Below are positions 52,613-62,876 of a stretch of DNA of 64,000 nt, one piece after another. Numbering within the stretch: position 1 is the first letter of the stretch; every line of letters begins with the position of its first letter. Below the pieces are notes generated by a model. That model was not told where the DNA came from, did no database searches, and saw only the letters and a list, made by a program, of their open reading frames with translations. The position numbers and the translations under genes are program-made. The stretch covers positions 6,756 to 70,755 of the forward strand of contig JAJRYY010000009.1 in assembly GCA_024275565.1 (NCBI GenBank), written 5' to 3'. This DNA is from Planctomycetota bacterium (GTDB taxonomy: Bacteria; Planctomycetota; Phycisphaerae; UBA1845).

Positions 52613-55435
52613 TTATGGGCGCGGTGACATGGATTGCCCGCTCCAGGACTGCGTTGCATTGCCGGTCCCGGAGAGTTCCTGACGGATGCGGAGCAGGTCG
52701 AGCGCCTGAATGACCCCGTTCCTGTCCATGTCGATGTAGTCAAGATCCTCGCCTTCTGGATTCTGGAATACCCCATTGAACATCTGACGGAAACGTAGCA
52801 GATCCAACGCCTGAACCACGCCGGACTGATCTATATCGCATGGCAGGAAACCAATGTCGATGCGATCCGGTTCATTCACGCCAGGCCCCTGATCGCCGCT
52901 GGAAGCAATCGGGTTGCCAGCAAGATCCTCGACGTCTGCTACGATGGTGGTCCAGAAACCTGCTGGAACCGGGCCAGACAATTCGACCTGTACCAGCGTA
53001 TTGTCTGCACTCAATATGCTGATCACCGATGGGTAGGATGGAGCGTCACCCATGAGTGTGAAGGCGCTGGTTGATAATGTTGCGTCTTCAGCCCCTGCGT
53101 CTCGTACCTGTTCTGAGAACAATATTGACAGTGTATCCACGCCCATATCGAACGCCTCACCATCGGAGCTTTCCATGCGAGAATCGACATATCCGCTATG
53201 CGGGAAGGTCGTGGTGCCGGCGTCGTGGACAATCTCCGGCGAGACAGTGTCCATGTCTTCACATACGAACACTTTCACGATGAAATCGTCGATGGCTGCT
53301 TCCGTCAGCGATACGGTCAGCACATCCGCCACCGAGAAACGAACCCGCATGCTGGCTGTCGGGGTCACAAAATCAGAGACATTGAACGACACGACTTCCC
53401 AGCCGCCATCACCGCCGGGTCCGACCGTTTCCAGATTGAACCAGTTCACGCCTCCGTCATTGGAAATTTCGACTTCGAGCGTATCGTTGTCGTTGTTGTT
53501 ATCGAACCATCGAGCGTACTCAATTGTCCCCTCCATGCCCTCCAGATCAAAAATCGGCGACGTCAGAATTACCGGCCCGCCATCGACATCGCAAGTGCCC
53601 GCCTGACCAGCACAATTCCCCGTCACGAAGCAGATCGTACCATCCTCAGAATAGTCGTCTTCCGGCTGAGCGGTGGTACCAATAGGATCCTCGCGAACCC
53701 ACTGCCCCGTCGTGTTCACCCCCTCGAAGGTTGATTCCCATCCGCCATCAAGCTCGAAATCATCTTCAAATCGAATCTCCAACGCGCCGACCTCCGCAAA
53801 GTATGTTTCGTCTGGCGCATTGAACGGACTGGTGACCACCGACTCCTCTGTCGAGGTCGCTGTAAAATAGAATTCCGGAACAGAATCACAGGTAGCCGCA
53901 GGCAGCGTTGCCTCATACTCATTGCCACCCAACGCCAGCATGGCAACCTGATCGAACGCTCCTCCGTCAAAACGATATACCAGCATGGGACTGCCAGGAT
54001 CAAGCTCTTCCGATCCCATGCTGATTTGCACGCGTATCGTGGTCGTTTCTCCGGGAACGATGGAACCCGGCAGTCCGTCGGGGAAGGCGTATCGCAGTGG
54101 TTGAATGGTCGCGAGTACAGCATCCAGTGTCGCTTTTGCATCGATGCGCCCTGCACCGAACATATTGTCAAAACCAGGATCGCCGAGATCCACAGCATTG
54201 TTTCTGAGGAACTGCCTGACCTCCTCCACCTGGATGTTCGGATTTAACGAGTACATCAATCCGACCAGCCCTGCGACGTGCGGCGTCGCCATCGATGTAC
54301 CGGTCTCATAGTTGTAATCTGCCGGCCCCCCGATCCATGTCGAAAAGACTGCTATCCCCGGGGCACAGACATCCATCCACGGACCTCGGTTTGAGGCTGT
54401 GTAATAAATGTCATTCTCGCCCGTGGCGGATACCGCGATGGTTTGAGGATAGGCGGCTGGAAAATAGGAGATGTTGCTACCATCGTTGCCAGCGGCTGCT
54501 ACGACCGTGACATCGTTGTCCCATGCATACTGAACGGCGGTCTGCAGGATACCCGCCCCACCACCACCGCCACCACTATAATTGACGATGTGTGCTCCAT
54601 TGTCCGTCGCGTAGGTAATCGCCTCTGCAATCGCTTCCCATGTCCCGGAAAGTCCGTTGAATACCTGCAGGGGCATGATCGTACAGTTGCTCATGCCCGC
54701 AATTCCTGCAGCATTGTTGATCTGGGCACCTGCAATGCCGGCCACATGCGTACCATGTCCGGAGGTCGGTGACGGATCGTTGTCCGAATTCATAAAATCC
54801 CAACCGATCGTGTCATCAATGAATCCGTTGCCGTCGTTGTCCAACCCGTCCGGCGGGTCGTCCACATTGACCCATAATCCACTCTGAAACTCTACATGGT
54901 CGAGTCGAAGCCCACTGTCTGCTATCGCAATGATAATCGCCGGATCACCCGTGGTGATGTCCCACGCTTCTTCAGCACGGATAATCATGGGTCCGTATTG
55001 CTCGGCCTCAAAAAAAGGATCGTTCGGTGTAAAGGCTGCACGGGTGATATAATTCGGGACGGCGTATGTGACGCCAGACAGCTTCGAGATTCGCTCAACC
55101 GCCTGCGCAACATCACTGCCGGGAGCGAGGTGAACCACCCGGACCATAGCCAGCGGATGGACCTGCTTGGGCTTGTTTTTCGCGTGCGGTGCGTGACGAA
55201 GCTCGTGCCAGCGCTCAGCGTCTGGTACGCACGCCTGAATACACTTCATCTCCCGTTCGCCGGGAACGTTCCGATAACCCACGATCAGCTGATCGGGTAC
55301 ATATGCCAGATCGATCTCTTTGACCGCAACAGGTTCTTTCGTCCTGGTAATGCCAAAGTCGTCGCCCACGCCCCATACAGCGTGATTATCCCCCGCCATT
55401 CCAATGAACAGGATCAAGCCAACAAGTCGCTTCAT
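52613..55435 (-). CDS. secreted subtilisin-like (S8) serine protease with C-terminal type-I dockerin
   Basis: The catalytic triad blocks are present: IADSG (Asp), GHGTHVAG (His) and GTSMATPHVAG (Ser). The C-terminal dockerin duplicate reads DIDQSGVVQALDLLRFRQ...DMDRNGVIQALDLLRIRQ. Confidence 0.85.
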   Translation of the reverse strand: MKRLVGLILFIGMAGDNHAVWGVGDDFGITRTKEPVAVKEIDLAYVPDQLIVGYRNVPGEREMKCIQACVPDAERWHELRHAPHAKNKPKQVHPLAMVRVVHLAPGSDVAQAVERISKLSGVTYAVPNYITRAAFTPNDPFFEAEQYGPMIIRAEEAWDITTGDPAIIIAIADSGLRLDHVEFQSGLWVNVDDPPDGLDNDGNGFIDDTIGWDFMNSDNDPSPTSGHGTHVAGIAGAQINNAAGIAGMSNCTIMPLQVFNGLSGTWEAIAEAITYATDNGAHIVNYSGGGGGGAGILQTAVQYAWDNDVTVVAAAGNDGSNISYFPAAYPQTIAVSATGENDIYYTASNRGPWMDVCAPGIAVFSTWIGGPADYNYETGTSMATPHVAGLVGLMYSLNPNIQVEEVRQFLRNNAVDLGDPGFDNMFGAGRIDAKATLDAVLATIQPLRYAFPDGLPGSIVPGETTTIRVQISMGSEELDPGSPMLVYRFDGGAFDQVAMLALGGNEYEATLPAATCDSVPEFYFTATSTEESVVTSPFNAPDETYFAEVGALEIRFEDDFELDGGWESTFEGVNTTGQWVREDPIGTTAQPEDDYSEDGTICFVTGNCAGQAGTCDVDGGPVILTSPIFDLEGMEGTIEYARWFDNNNDNDTLEVEISNDGGVNWFNLETVGPGGDGGWEVVSFNVSDFVTPTASMRVRFSVADVLTVSLTEAAIDDFIVKVFVCEDMDTVSPEIVHDAGTTTFPHSGYVDSRMESSDGEAFDMGVDTLSILFSEQVRDAGAEDATLSTSAFTLMGDAPSYPSVISILSADNTLVQVELSGPVPAGFWTTIVADVEDLAGNPIASSGDQGPGVNEPDRIDIGFLPCDIDQSGVVQALDLLRFRQMFNGVFQNPEGEDLDYIDMDRNGVIQALDLLRIRQELSGTGNATQSWSGQSMSPRP

Positions 55436-55712
55436 ATTCCGCTTCTCCGCCCTGCGCTATCAGTTCCCAACACGACACCCCGCGATTGTAACGCATTGTA
55501 GGCACGTTACGAAGCGTTGTGAGAATGGATTGGTGGAAACAGGACCAGCAGGGATTCCTGCATGACTTTATCGGTCCGGACTCACACTTGAATCTGTGGC
55601 GGAATGATATTGAAAATGCACTCCGGTCGGACCGATACGGAGCGTATAGAGTACGTCAATCGAGCGTACGACACACGGAAATTTCCACCGCCAACACCAT
55701 GGGGAGCACGGC

Positions 55713-56696
55713 ATGACCATGACAACACGTCCATCAGGAGACCCTGCGGTGATCGATAAAATACTGCGCGACGTCAAGCTGCCATCGCTTCCAGATGCCG
55801 CCATCCGTATGCTGGAACTTTGCCGCGACCCCGGCGTCAGTGCCCAGGAAATCGTACGCGTTATCGAGCTAGACCCATCGCTGTCCGCACGCCTGCTGAA
55901 GGTCGCAAACAGCTCCTTCTTCGGACAAAGTGGCAAAATCGAGACCCTGACGCGTGCAGCCATCCTCCTTGGCAACGACTATCTGAAAGCGGTGGGACTC
56001 GGGTTCTTTCTCACGCAGACCTGGAAAGATGTGCAGCCTGACGGGTTCGATTTCCGGGAATTCTGGCGGGACAGCATCCTCCGGGCATGCCTGGCACGTC
56101 AGATCGCATCTAAAATCGATTATCACCCCAGGGAACAGGTCTTCCTGGCTGGCATGCTCGCGGACATTGGTTCCCTGGTGATGGGGGTGACCTTCGAAGG
56201 TGACTATGCGACGACCATGGGGCGTTTCGTCGGGGCGGATAACGACCGCAAGGATTACGAGCAGAAGCACTTCGGCGTCAACCATGTCGATCTGGGAAAA
56301 GCGATCGCCCAGAAATGGTCATTCCCCGAATCGATCGTGTGTGCAATCGCACGCCACCAGGACACGCCCCCCATGCGTGCAGACCGCGATCGCACCATTG
56401 TGCTGTGGCAGATTACGCACTTCTGCCTGACGGTTCCATTTGCTCAGGATCGGCAGACCGCCCAGGTGTGTTCCCAGTTGCGACAGTTGGCCATCATCTC
56501 ACTCGGACTCTCTTTCGAATCTCTGAGCGAACTTTTCTCCGAAACCGTTGAGCAATTCAATGTACTTGCGTCCGTTTTCTCCAACCTGCTCCCAGCAGAT
56601 GTGAACGTGTCGGACATGATGAATACTGCGACCGAGATGCTGCGCGAGGTGGATCAGCAGGCGACACAGCAGCTTGCACAAATCGAGTCCGAATAA
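55713..56696 (+). CDS. HDOD-domain signalling protein
   Basis: The region LPSLPDAAIRMLELCRDPGVSAQEIVRVIELDPSLSARLLKVANSSFFG matches the HDOD family. Confidence 0.8.
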   Translation: MTMTTRPSGDPAVIDKILRDVKLPSLPDAAIRMLELCRDPGVSAQEIVRVIELDPSLSARLLKVANSSFFGQSGKIETLTRAAILLGNDYLKAVGLGFFLTQTWKDVQPDGFDFREFWRDSILRACLARQIASKIDYHPREQVFLAGMLADIGSLVMGVTFEGDYATTMGRFVGADNDRKDYEQKHFGVNHVDLGKAIAQKWSFPESIVCAIARHQDTPPMRADRDRTIVLWQITHFCLTVPFAQDRQTAQVCSQLRQLAIISLGLSFESLSELFSETVEQFNVLASVFSNLLPADVNVSDMMNTATEMLREVDQQATQQLAQIESE

Positions 56697-56996
56697 TTAA
56701 GAGCAGAATCAGACGATGCGAACAGCATGTCAACGGCGAGGTGCAGCCCGACGTATTTTCATCGTAACCTTACCGCGACCCTTCCGCGCTGCTCGGACGT
56801 CCGAGAACCCTTTGAGGCTACAGACGTCCGAGAACACGCTGAGGCTACATTTGCAGCAAAAACACCGTTATCGGGTGCAGATTCCACTTGACTTCACCTC
56901 CTTTCGGTCACAACAATCCGATGCCTCCGGGAGTGGGCAATGGGGTGGCGATGGGTCACGATCTTCTCGTGCAGGAGATGAGTCGGCTCGTGAGGG

Positions 56997-58112
56997 ATGT
57001 CTGGGCGCGTATCGTGGGGGAGCAAAAAGGTGAGGGAACCGGAACTAACAGCAGTTGTGCTGGCGGGCGTACATGACTGGGGTGCGTGTGCGTTGAATCA
57101 GGCGGTGATTCGTCCGCTTGCACCCATCGCGAATATGCCGGTCGTTGGCTATGTGTTGCGTGCACTGGTGACAGCCCGGGTGCGTCGAGCGATACTGTGT
57201 ACCAACGGTCATGGTGATGCTTTCCGTGAGGCGATCGGGGATGGGAGCGCATTTGGCCTCGAACTCAGCATACGCGACGATGACATGCCAAGAGGACCAG
57301 CGGGTTGTTTGAAAGACGCTTATGCTGACCTTGAGGGCGACTGCCTCGTCATGGAATCAAGCCTCATACCACACTTCGACATACAGCAGCTTGTCGCAGA
57401 CCATCGCTCTACGGGGGCAGCTGTCACGATCGCCTCTCAAAAAACTCAAAAAGCGGGCATGGACCATTATTCACCTGTCGGTGTCTACGTCTTTTCGCCT
57501 GAAGTGGTCGAAGAAATCTCATCCACAGGATTCGTTGATATCAAGGAAAACGTGCTTCCCAGGCTTCACCATGAAGGCAAGCGCGTGGATGTTCATGTCG
57601 TCGATGGGCCAACGCCACATCTTCAAGGTATTGCAAGTTATTTTTCGTTGAATGAATGGGCAGTGAAAATGGCAGCCCGGGGTGCTTTCGATCTGGATGA
57701 ACACTATCTGGACGGGGAAACACTGGTGCATATTCACGCCGAAGTCGATCCAACCGCTCGGATGATGGGTCCGGTTGTCATCGGACCAGGAGCCCGCATA
57801 CGGGCTGGAGCAATCATCGTCGGTCCGACCTCGGTCGGTCAGGATAGCATCGTCGGGCAGAACTGCGTCATATCACGGTCTGCATTATGGGACAACACGA
57901 CCATCGGAAATGACGCCCAGGTTGACAGATGCGTCGTCGGGAAAACTGCACGCGTGGAGGAAAGTGTGCAGATGTTCAACAGTGTCTGCGTTCCATTACA
58001 GCCAAAAAGAAGCAGGTTTCTACCGAAAACACGCATCTCACATCCGAAAAACGATCCGTCACCGACACAGGGTGAAACCGAGGATGCAGTACGCAGGCAA
58101 CTGATGACGTAG
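56997..58112 (+). CDS. sugar-phosphate nucleotidyltransferase-like protein with C-terminal left-handed beta-helix
   Basis: An N-terminal NTP-transferase fold (AVVLAGVHDWGACALNQAVIRPLAPIANMPVVGYVL) is followed by hexapeptide repeats. Confidence 0.7.
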   Translation: MSGRVSWGSKKVREPELTAVVLAGVHDWGACALNQAVIRPLAPIANMPVVGYVLRALVTARVRRAILCTNGHGDAFREAIGDGSAFGLELSIRDDDMPRGPAGCLKDAYADLEGDCLVMESSLIPHFDIQQLVADHRSTGAAVTIASQKTQKAGMDHYSPVGVYVFSPEVVEEISSTGFVDIKENVLPRLHHEGKRVDVHVVDGPTPHLQGIASYFSLNEWAVKMAARGAFDLDEHYLDGETLVHIHAEVDPTARMMGPVVIGPGARIRAGAIIVGPTSVGQDSIVGQNCVISRSALWDNTTIGNDAQVDRCVVGKTARVEESVQMFNSVCVPLQPKRSRFLPKTRISHPKNDPSPTQGETEDAVRRQLMT

Positions 58113-58322
58113 AAACCGTCACATCGAAAAAGATCGTGCCAGTCGGGTCGGAAACGCACGATCGGGCGAGAACCAGGCCAATGCGTCTGGAACATTGCTG
58201 ATCTGAACGCTTTGGGAGAGGCGGTTCGGATGTCTTGCAACAGAGTGATTCATTCGCGTATCTGATGGAATGGCTGGTAAACGCCATGGTGTTCCTTCAA
58301 ATACGCAGGGAGAGAGAAGCTG

Positions 58323-59042
58323 ATGTCAAACGTACCGAAACAACATAAAACAGGTCTTCTGGCTGCCATCCTCTGCGTCGCAACTGTGACCGGACTGGCC
58401 AGCCCGACGATGGGCGAAACACTCACATATTCGCAATCCTTCAAACCTCGGAAGCCAGGCTGGTCTTCGACGTTTAGAGCACCACAATTCGACCCCACAT
58501 TGGGAACGCTCGAATCGGTGGTGATTTCACTGACGGGTCGTACGGAGGGCGTAGCTGCCTTTGAAAATCTGGGAGAGAGTCCGGCGGATGTCCAGATTCG
58601 CTACACCGCCGAGTTCCAGCTCGTCCAGGATTCATCACCCATCCTTGTCGCATCTCCGACCCTGGAACTGTCCGATGTGGTGTCAGCTTTCGACGGTGTT
58701 CTAAACTACACAGGTGATTCCGGACGTACTTATAAGGACATCGCCGCTGATGCAACATCCGATACAACCTTCATCCTCGGACGCGACGATCTTACCAGTT
58801 ATATAGGAACCGGACTGCTGTCCATACGCCTGCTGACAGGAGGGTTTATCGGCCAACCCCAGTCCAGCGGTGCTCTGAACGCATCAGACGACCTTGAATT
58901 GTACATTAACCAGAGGTTGTCGGCGACGGTGGATCTGACCTATGAGTACACAGCCGTACCAGAACCTGGTCTGGCGACACTGGTAGGTCTTGGCGGAGGC
59001 GTGTTGCTACGCAGACGTCGCCGGGCGATGAAAGCCTCATGA
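58323..59042 (+). CDS. PEP-CTERM-anchored secreted protein
   Basis: A signal peptide is present. The C-terminus reads TAVPEPGLATLVGLGGGVLLRRRRRA, which is PEP followed by a TM helix and an Arg cluster. Confidence 0.75.
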   Translation: MSNVPKQHKTGLLAAILCVATVTGLASPTMGETLTYSQSFKPRKPGWSSTFRAPQFDPTLGTLESVVISLTGRTEGVAAFENLGESPADVQIRYTAEFQLVQDSSPILVASPTLELSDVVSAFDGVLNYTGDSGRTYKDIAADATSDTTFILGRDDLTSYIGTGLLSIRLLTGGFIGQPQSSGALNASDDLELYINQRLSATVDLTYEYTAVPEPGLATLVGLGGGVLLRRRRRAMKAS

Positions 59043-59105
59043 CGCGACCGGCAACCCTGTCAAGACGGAAGCAATGCACCAACACGCGTACAGCAGGGGG
59101 ATCTG

Positions 59106-60860
59106 ATGGCGACTCAGGGGATCATTTGCGACTTCCGGATACGGCGATCGGAGACTGGTAGTCCCCACTCGCTTCTGACCATGCCACTGGGCATCGATCA
59201 CATGATCGACACTGTATTATCAGCACTGACCAACTGCGGATGCGACCATGTCCTGATCGTACCCGCTTTCAAACCCTGTCACGAATACCTCTCAAGGATC
59301 GCAGAACTGGCGGACCACACCCCGGTGACCGTCGTAGACCCTGACGAACGCACCGGGATCCTCACAGACGGCGAATCGTCCGACAGCCTGGTCTTTCTCG
59401 ACCCACGTTATTGGCCTGCAGGTGGATTCGAGCTCAACCCAATCCTGAAAATGCATCGCGAATATTTCGGACCCGTGTTCGGAGTACATCTCAGCCCGGA
59501 GGCTGGTGACCAGTCAGAGCGGGTCCTCATGGACGCCTCAGGGAACGTCCGAAAAATCCAGCGCGCATTCGACAAAACTCTCTGGTCGAACGCAGATGCA
59601 ACCACCGTACCATTCTGCGTCATCCCGCACGGACTGATTATGCATGGCCCGACCTTCCCACTGAGCAAAATGCGACAACAACTTGCACAGCATGGGGCAC
59701 CGATCCGCGACATCCCCATGAATTCACGAACACGCGACCTCAGCAGACAATCCGATTTAATCGCATTCTGCAGCGACCGGGCAGCCAACCCGACCGAGCG
59801 GGACCTCGCAATCGCACCTCCAGGACCGGACCAGCCCCACGCCCTCGTCGCCAGAGAAGCAACCGTCGCAGACACTGCCCGACTCATCGGCCATGTGATG
59901 GTGCTTCCAGATGCCCTTGTGGGCGAAAATGCGATCATTATTGGACCGACTGTCATCGGACAGGGTGCTACAATTGGTTCTGATGTCACCGTGTCGCAAT
60001 CGGTCGTACTGGATCGAACCGTTGTACCTTGTGGCGTCCAGATTCACCATCAGATATTCGCAGGCGACATCGATACAGACAACGCCCATGATACGATCGA
60101 AGACGCACCACGACTTGCCCAACCGGTAGAGGGTGAGTTTGAAGTTGTCGGGTCGGATCCGGGACACGTTGCGAGTGGGCAGAAACGACTGCAAAGATCT
60201 CTCGTCGTCAAGCGGATCATGGATATCACCGTCTCACTGACTGGGTTGATCGTTCTAACACCACTGATGCTGCTGACAGTCATCCTGATAAAACTGACTT
60301 CCACCGGACCGGTATTTTTCATTCACCGTCGTGAAGGCCGCGACGGTCGGGAGTTCGGCTGCGCCAAATTTCGTACCATGCGTACAGACGCACACGCCAT
60401 GCAGCGCGAACTGGCACAGCAAAACGAAGCAGATGGTCCTCAATTCGTCATTAAGAAAGACCCACGGGTCACGCCACTCGGCAGAATTCTGAGAAAGAGC
60501 AACATCGACGAATTACCCCAGCTATTCAACGTACTCATGGGCGATATGAGCCTCGTCGGACCCCGACCGTCGCCCTTCCGAGAGAACCAGGTCTGCCTGC
60601 CATGGCGTAAAGCAAGACTGTCTGTACCACCGGGCATCACCGGACTCTGGCAAGTCTGCCGCCACAGTCGCGAGGAAGGCGATTTCCACCAGTGGATCTA
60701 TTTCGATACAGCTTACGTCCGACACATGTCTGCCTGGCTGGATGTGAAAATCATCTTCTACACCTTCGTGACCCTGGGAGGGAGAAGACCGGTCGCAATG
60801 GAACGCATCGTCGGTCAGGATGCAGAAATCAGACAGGCATCGATGGCAGCGGGCACCTGA
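59106..60860 (+). CDS. fusion protein: divergent nucleotidyltransferase-like/hexapeptide N-terminal module plus C-terminal polyprenyl-phosphate sugar phosphotransferase (WbaP/EpsB-type priming transferase)
   Basis: The C-terminal 200 aa carry the bacterial sugar-transferase signature ([10 protein letters not shown]...PGITGLWQV) behind one TM helix. The N-terminal 350 aa are paralogous to the ORF at 56997-58112. Confidence 0.75.
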   Translation: MATQGIICDFRIRRSETGSPHSLLTMPLGIDHMIDTVLSALTNCGCDHVLIVPAFKPCHEYLSRIAELADHTPVTVVDPDERTGILTDGESSDSLVFLDPRYWPAGGFELNPILKMHREYFGPVFGVHLSPEAGDQSERVLMDASGNVRKIQRAFDKTLWSNADATTVPFCVIPHGLIMHGPTFPLSKMRQQLAQHGAPIRDIPMNSRTRDLSRQSDLIAFCSDRAANPTERDLAIAPPGPDQPHALVAREATVADTARLIGHVMVLPDALVGENAIIIGPTVIGQGATIGSDVTVSQSVVLDRTVVPCGVQIHHQIFAGDIDTDNAHDTIEDAPRLAQPVEGEFEVVGSDPGHVASGQKRLQRSLVVKRIMDITVSLTGLIVLTPLMLLTVILIKLTSTGPVFFIHRREGRDGREFGCAKFRTMRTDAHAMQRELAQQNEADGPQFVIKKDPRVTPLGRILRKSNIDELPQLFNVLMGDMSLVGPRPSPFRENQVCLPWRKARLSVPPGITGLWQVCRHSREEGDFHQWIYFDTAYVRHMSAWLDVKIIFYTFVTLGGRRPVAMERIVGQDAEIRQASMAAGT

Positions 60861-60950
60861 GGCCTGAAGGTAAGAATAAGCACGCTGACGAAGGGTGCAA
60901 AACCAGGTCAACGCAAAACCAGGTCAACACGCTCAGGGCAGAATACATTC

Positions 60951-61307
60951 TCAATCGTCAAAGAGAAACTTCGCGCCAACCTTAAATGAACCAACGCTCT
61001 GCGTGCTGTGTTGTATGCGGATCGGTATCCACAGATCCTCTTCATCATCAATACAGCGGATCTCCACGATGCTTCGCGGCGGAATCTCCAGCTTGCAGAC
61101 AAACCCCACACCACTGCTGGACACATTGGTACCTCGGGCGACGACGACCCGCCCGTCGCATTTCAGCTCCAACGCCGCCGACCAGGGATAGAACCGTGGC
61201 TCGTCCCTTTTGCCCAGATATGGGGTGGTCTCAGCATCCAGAAAATCGCCCAGCCACTCAATGACCTTCTCTCTCGTCTGACTCTCTGTTGCTAGCATCG
61301 CCCGCAT
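60951..61307 (-). CDS. stand-alone PilZ-domain (c-di-GMP-binding) protein
   Basis: An R..PR motif and N-V-S-S-S-G-V-G motif are spaced about 30 aa apart. Confidence 0.6.
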   Translation of the reverse strand: MRAMLATESQTREKVIEWLGDFLDAETTPYLGKRDEPRFYPWSAALELKCDGRVVVARGTNVSSSGVGFVCKLEIPPRSIVEIRCIDDEEDLWIPIRIQHSTQSVGSFKVGAKFLFDD

Positions 61308-61325
61308 ATCTCCATCAAAATCTGA

Positions 61326-62513
61326 TTATGGCTTTCTACCGAACAACTTCCCGAGCAACCCGCTACCCGCCACCCCAATGCCGGCTTTTAACATGGCGTA
61401 TTCGGGAGCAATTTTCAATGCCATCTCCTGAATGGCCGTTCGCGCCTTGCTCGTGGGAGCATCAGCACCAATCGGATGACCAAGATCGAGTGATGCAGAA
61501 ACATACTGGTAATCGTTGGGTATCACTGCGAACACAGGCCGACGGAAGTGCTGCTCGACATCCTTGATTGAGATGCGATCAAATTCGGCATTCCAGCGAT
61601 TCAACACAATATGCACACGGTCGTCATCAGCGCCCATGCTGATAAGCGAATGATAGATACGCGAAGCATTCCGAATGAACGGGACACCAAGCTGAGTTAC
61701 GATGAGGATATGATCGGCCCGACCAATGCAGACCGCACTCAGGAAATTAAAGGAGCGCGGGAGATCCACGACGATATTGTTATAATGTCGCCCGAGCAAT
61801 CCAAACATCTGCTCAACGCCGTCCAGCGACACGTCACGGGCATCTTCAACATTATCAGGACGCGCCACAATAGAAACACCACACGGCAGACGTTCCAGAA
61901 CAGCTGACACAGAAGTTTCGTCCAGTTCAATACCTTCATGACAGATATCTGCAATCGAGTATCTGGGATTCACATCGAAGGAGCAGGCAACATCCCCAAA
62001 CTCAAGGTTCATATCAACCAGCGCAACGTCTTCGCCCGACAGACACTGCAACTCCATCGCGAGGTTGCAGGCCAGCATCGTCGCTCCAGCACCACCCGAA
62101 GAACCGACAACGCAGATCGTCCGCGAACCGACCAATGGCTTGGCCACTATCGGCTTCATCCGATAAATGGCATTGTTGAGATCCTCAGCCTCAACAGGCC
62201 AACACACATACTGACTGCACCCGGAACGCATGGCTCCGATAATGAACAGAGATTCGGTCCTGCTGCTGACCCCCAGCACGCCACATTCCGGAATCAGGCG
62301 AGCACACTTTTCTACCACCTTCATCCCGCCGGGGCAGTCCAGATTCACCGCGATGACGTCGACTGTCCCTTCAGCAAGACATAGCTGAAGCGCGTCCCAC
62401 CCATCGAAGACCCGCTCAACGGTAACCTGCTCACAAGCATCGAACGGTTCACGGAACGCAGACTCTCTCGATACAGTGTCGTCATATAAGGCTATGCGCA
62501 ATTTGCTATTCAT
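61326..62513 (-). CDS. CpaE/TadZ-like protein: N-terminal pseudo-receiver plus MinD/ParA-type ATPase
   Basis: A deviant Walker A (VVGSSGGAGATMLACNLA) is present. The N-terminal domain is REC-like (LRIALYDD...VDVIAVNLD). The gene forms an operon with the downstream PilZ gene. Confidence 0.7.
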   Translation of the reverse strand: MNSKLRIALYDDTVSRESAFREPFDACEQVTVERVFDGWDALQLCLAEGTVDVIAVNLDCPGGMKVVEKCARLIPECGVLGVSSRTESLFIIGAMRSGCSQYVCWPVEAEDLNNAIYRMKPIVAKPLVGSRTICVVGSSGGAGATMLACNLAMELQCLSGEDVALVDMNLEFGDVACSFDVNPRYSIADICHEGIELDETSVSAVLERLPCGVSIVARPDNVEDARDVSLDGVEQMFGLLGRHYNNIVVDLPRSFNFLSAVCIGRADHILIVTQLGVPFIRNASRIYHSLISMGADDDRVHIVLNRWNAEFDRISIKDVEQHFRRPVFAVIPNDYQYVSASLDLGHPIGADAPTSKARTAIQEMALKIAPEYAMLKAGIGVAGSGLLGKLFGRKP

Positions 62514-62876
62514 ATAAGTCCCCGCCCTTGCGGTACACACAGAAAATGCCCGCTCGACCCGTAAGTCCTCACATCTCAACCCATAAGCATCGTCCATTCA
62601 GAGTCCGTTGTTTGGACGGAACTCGACTTGGGGTACTTATTCTGAATGGCGCATACCCTATCGGACCTGCTGGCAGGGTTATCGGTCACGACGGACATAA
62701 TGTGAACCATCAGACGACGTCAACCGATGGACTGACTAGCATCTTGGACACAATCGTTGAATGTCAAATCGACGATCAGCCACGTCGTTTTGCCCAACGC
62801 CGGATTCCTCGCTATACTGACACGACAAAGCGTCGCAAAGGGCGACGCATTCCTACCCAGGGAGCGTGTCACAATC

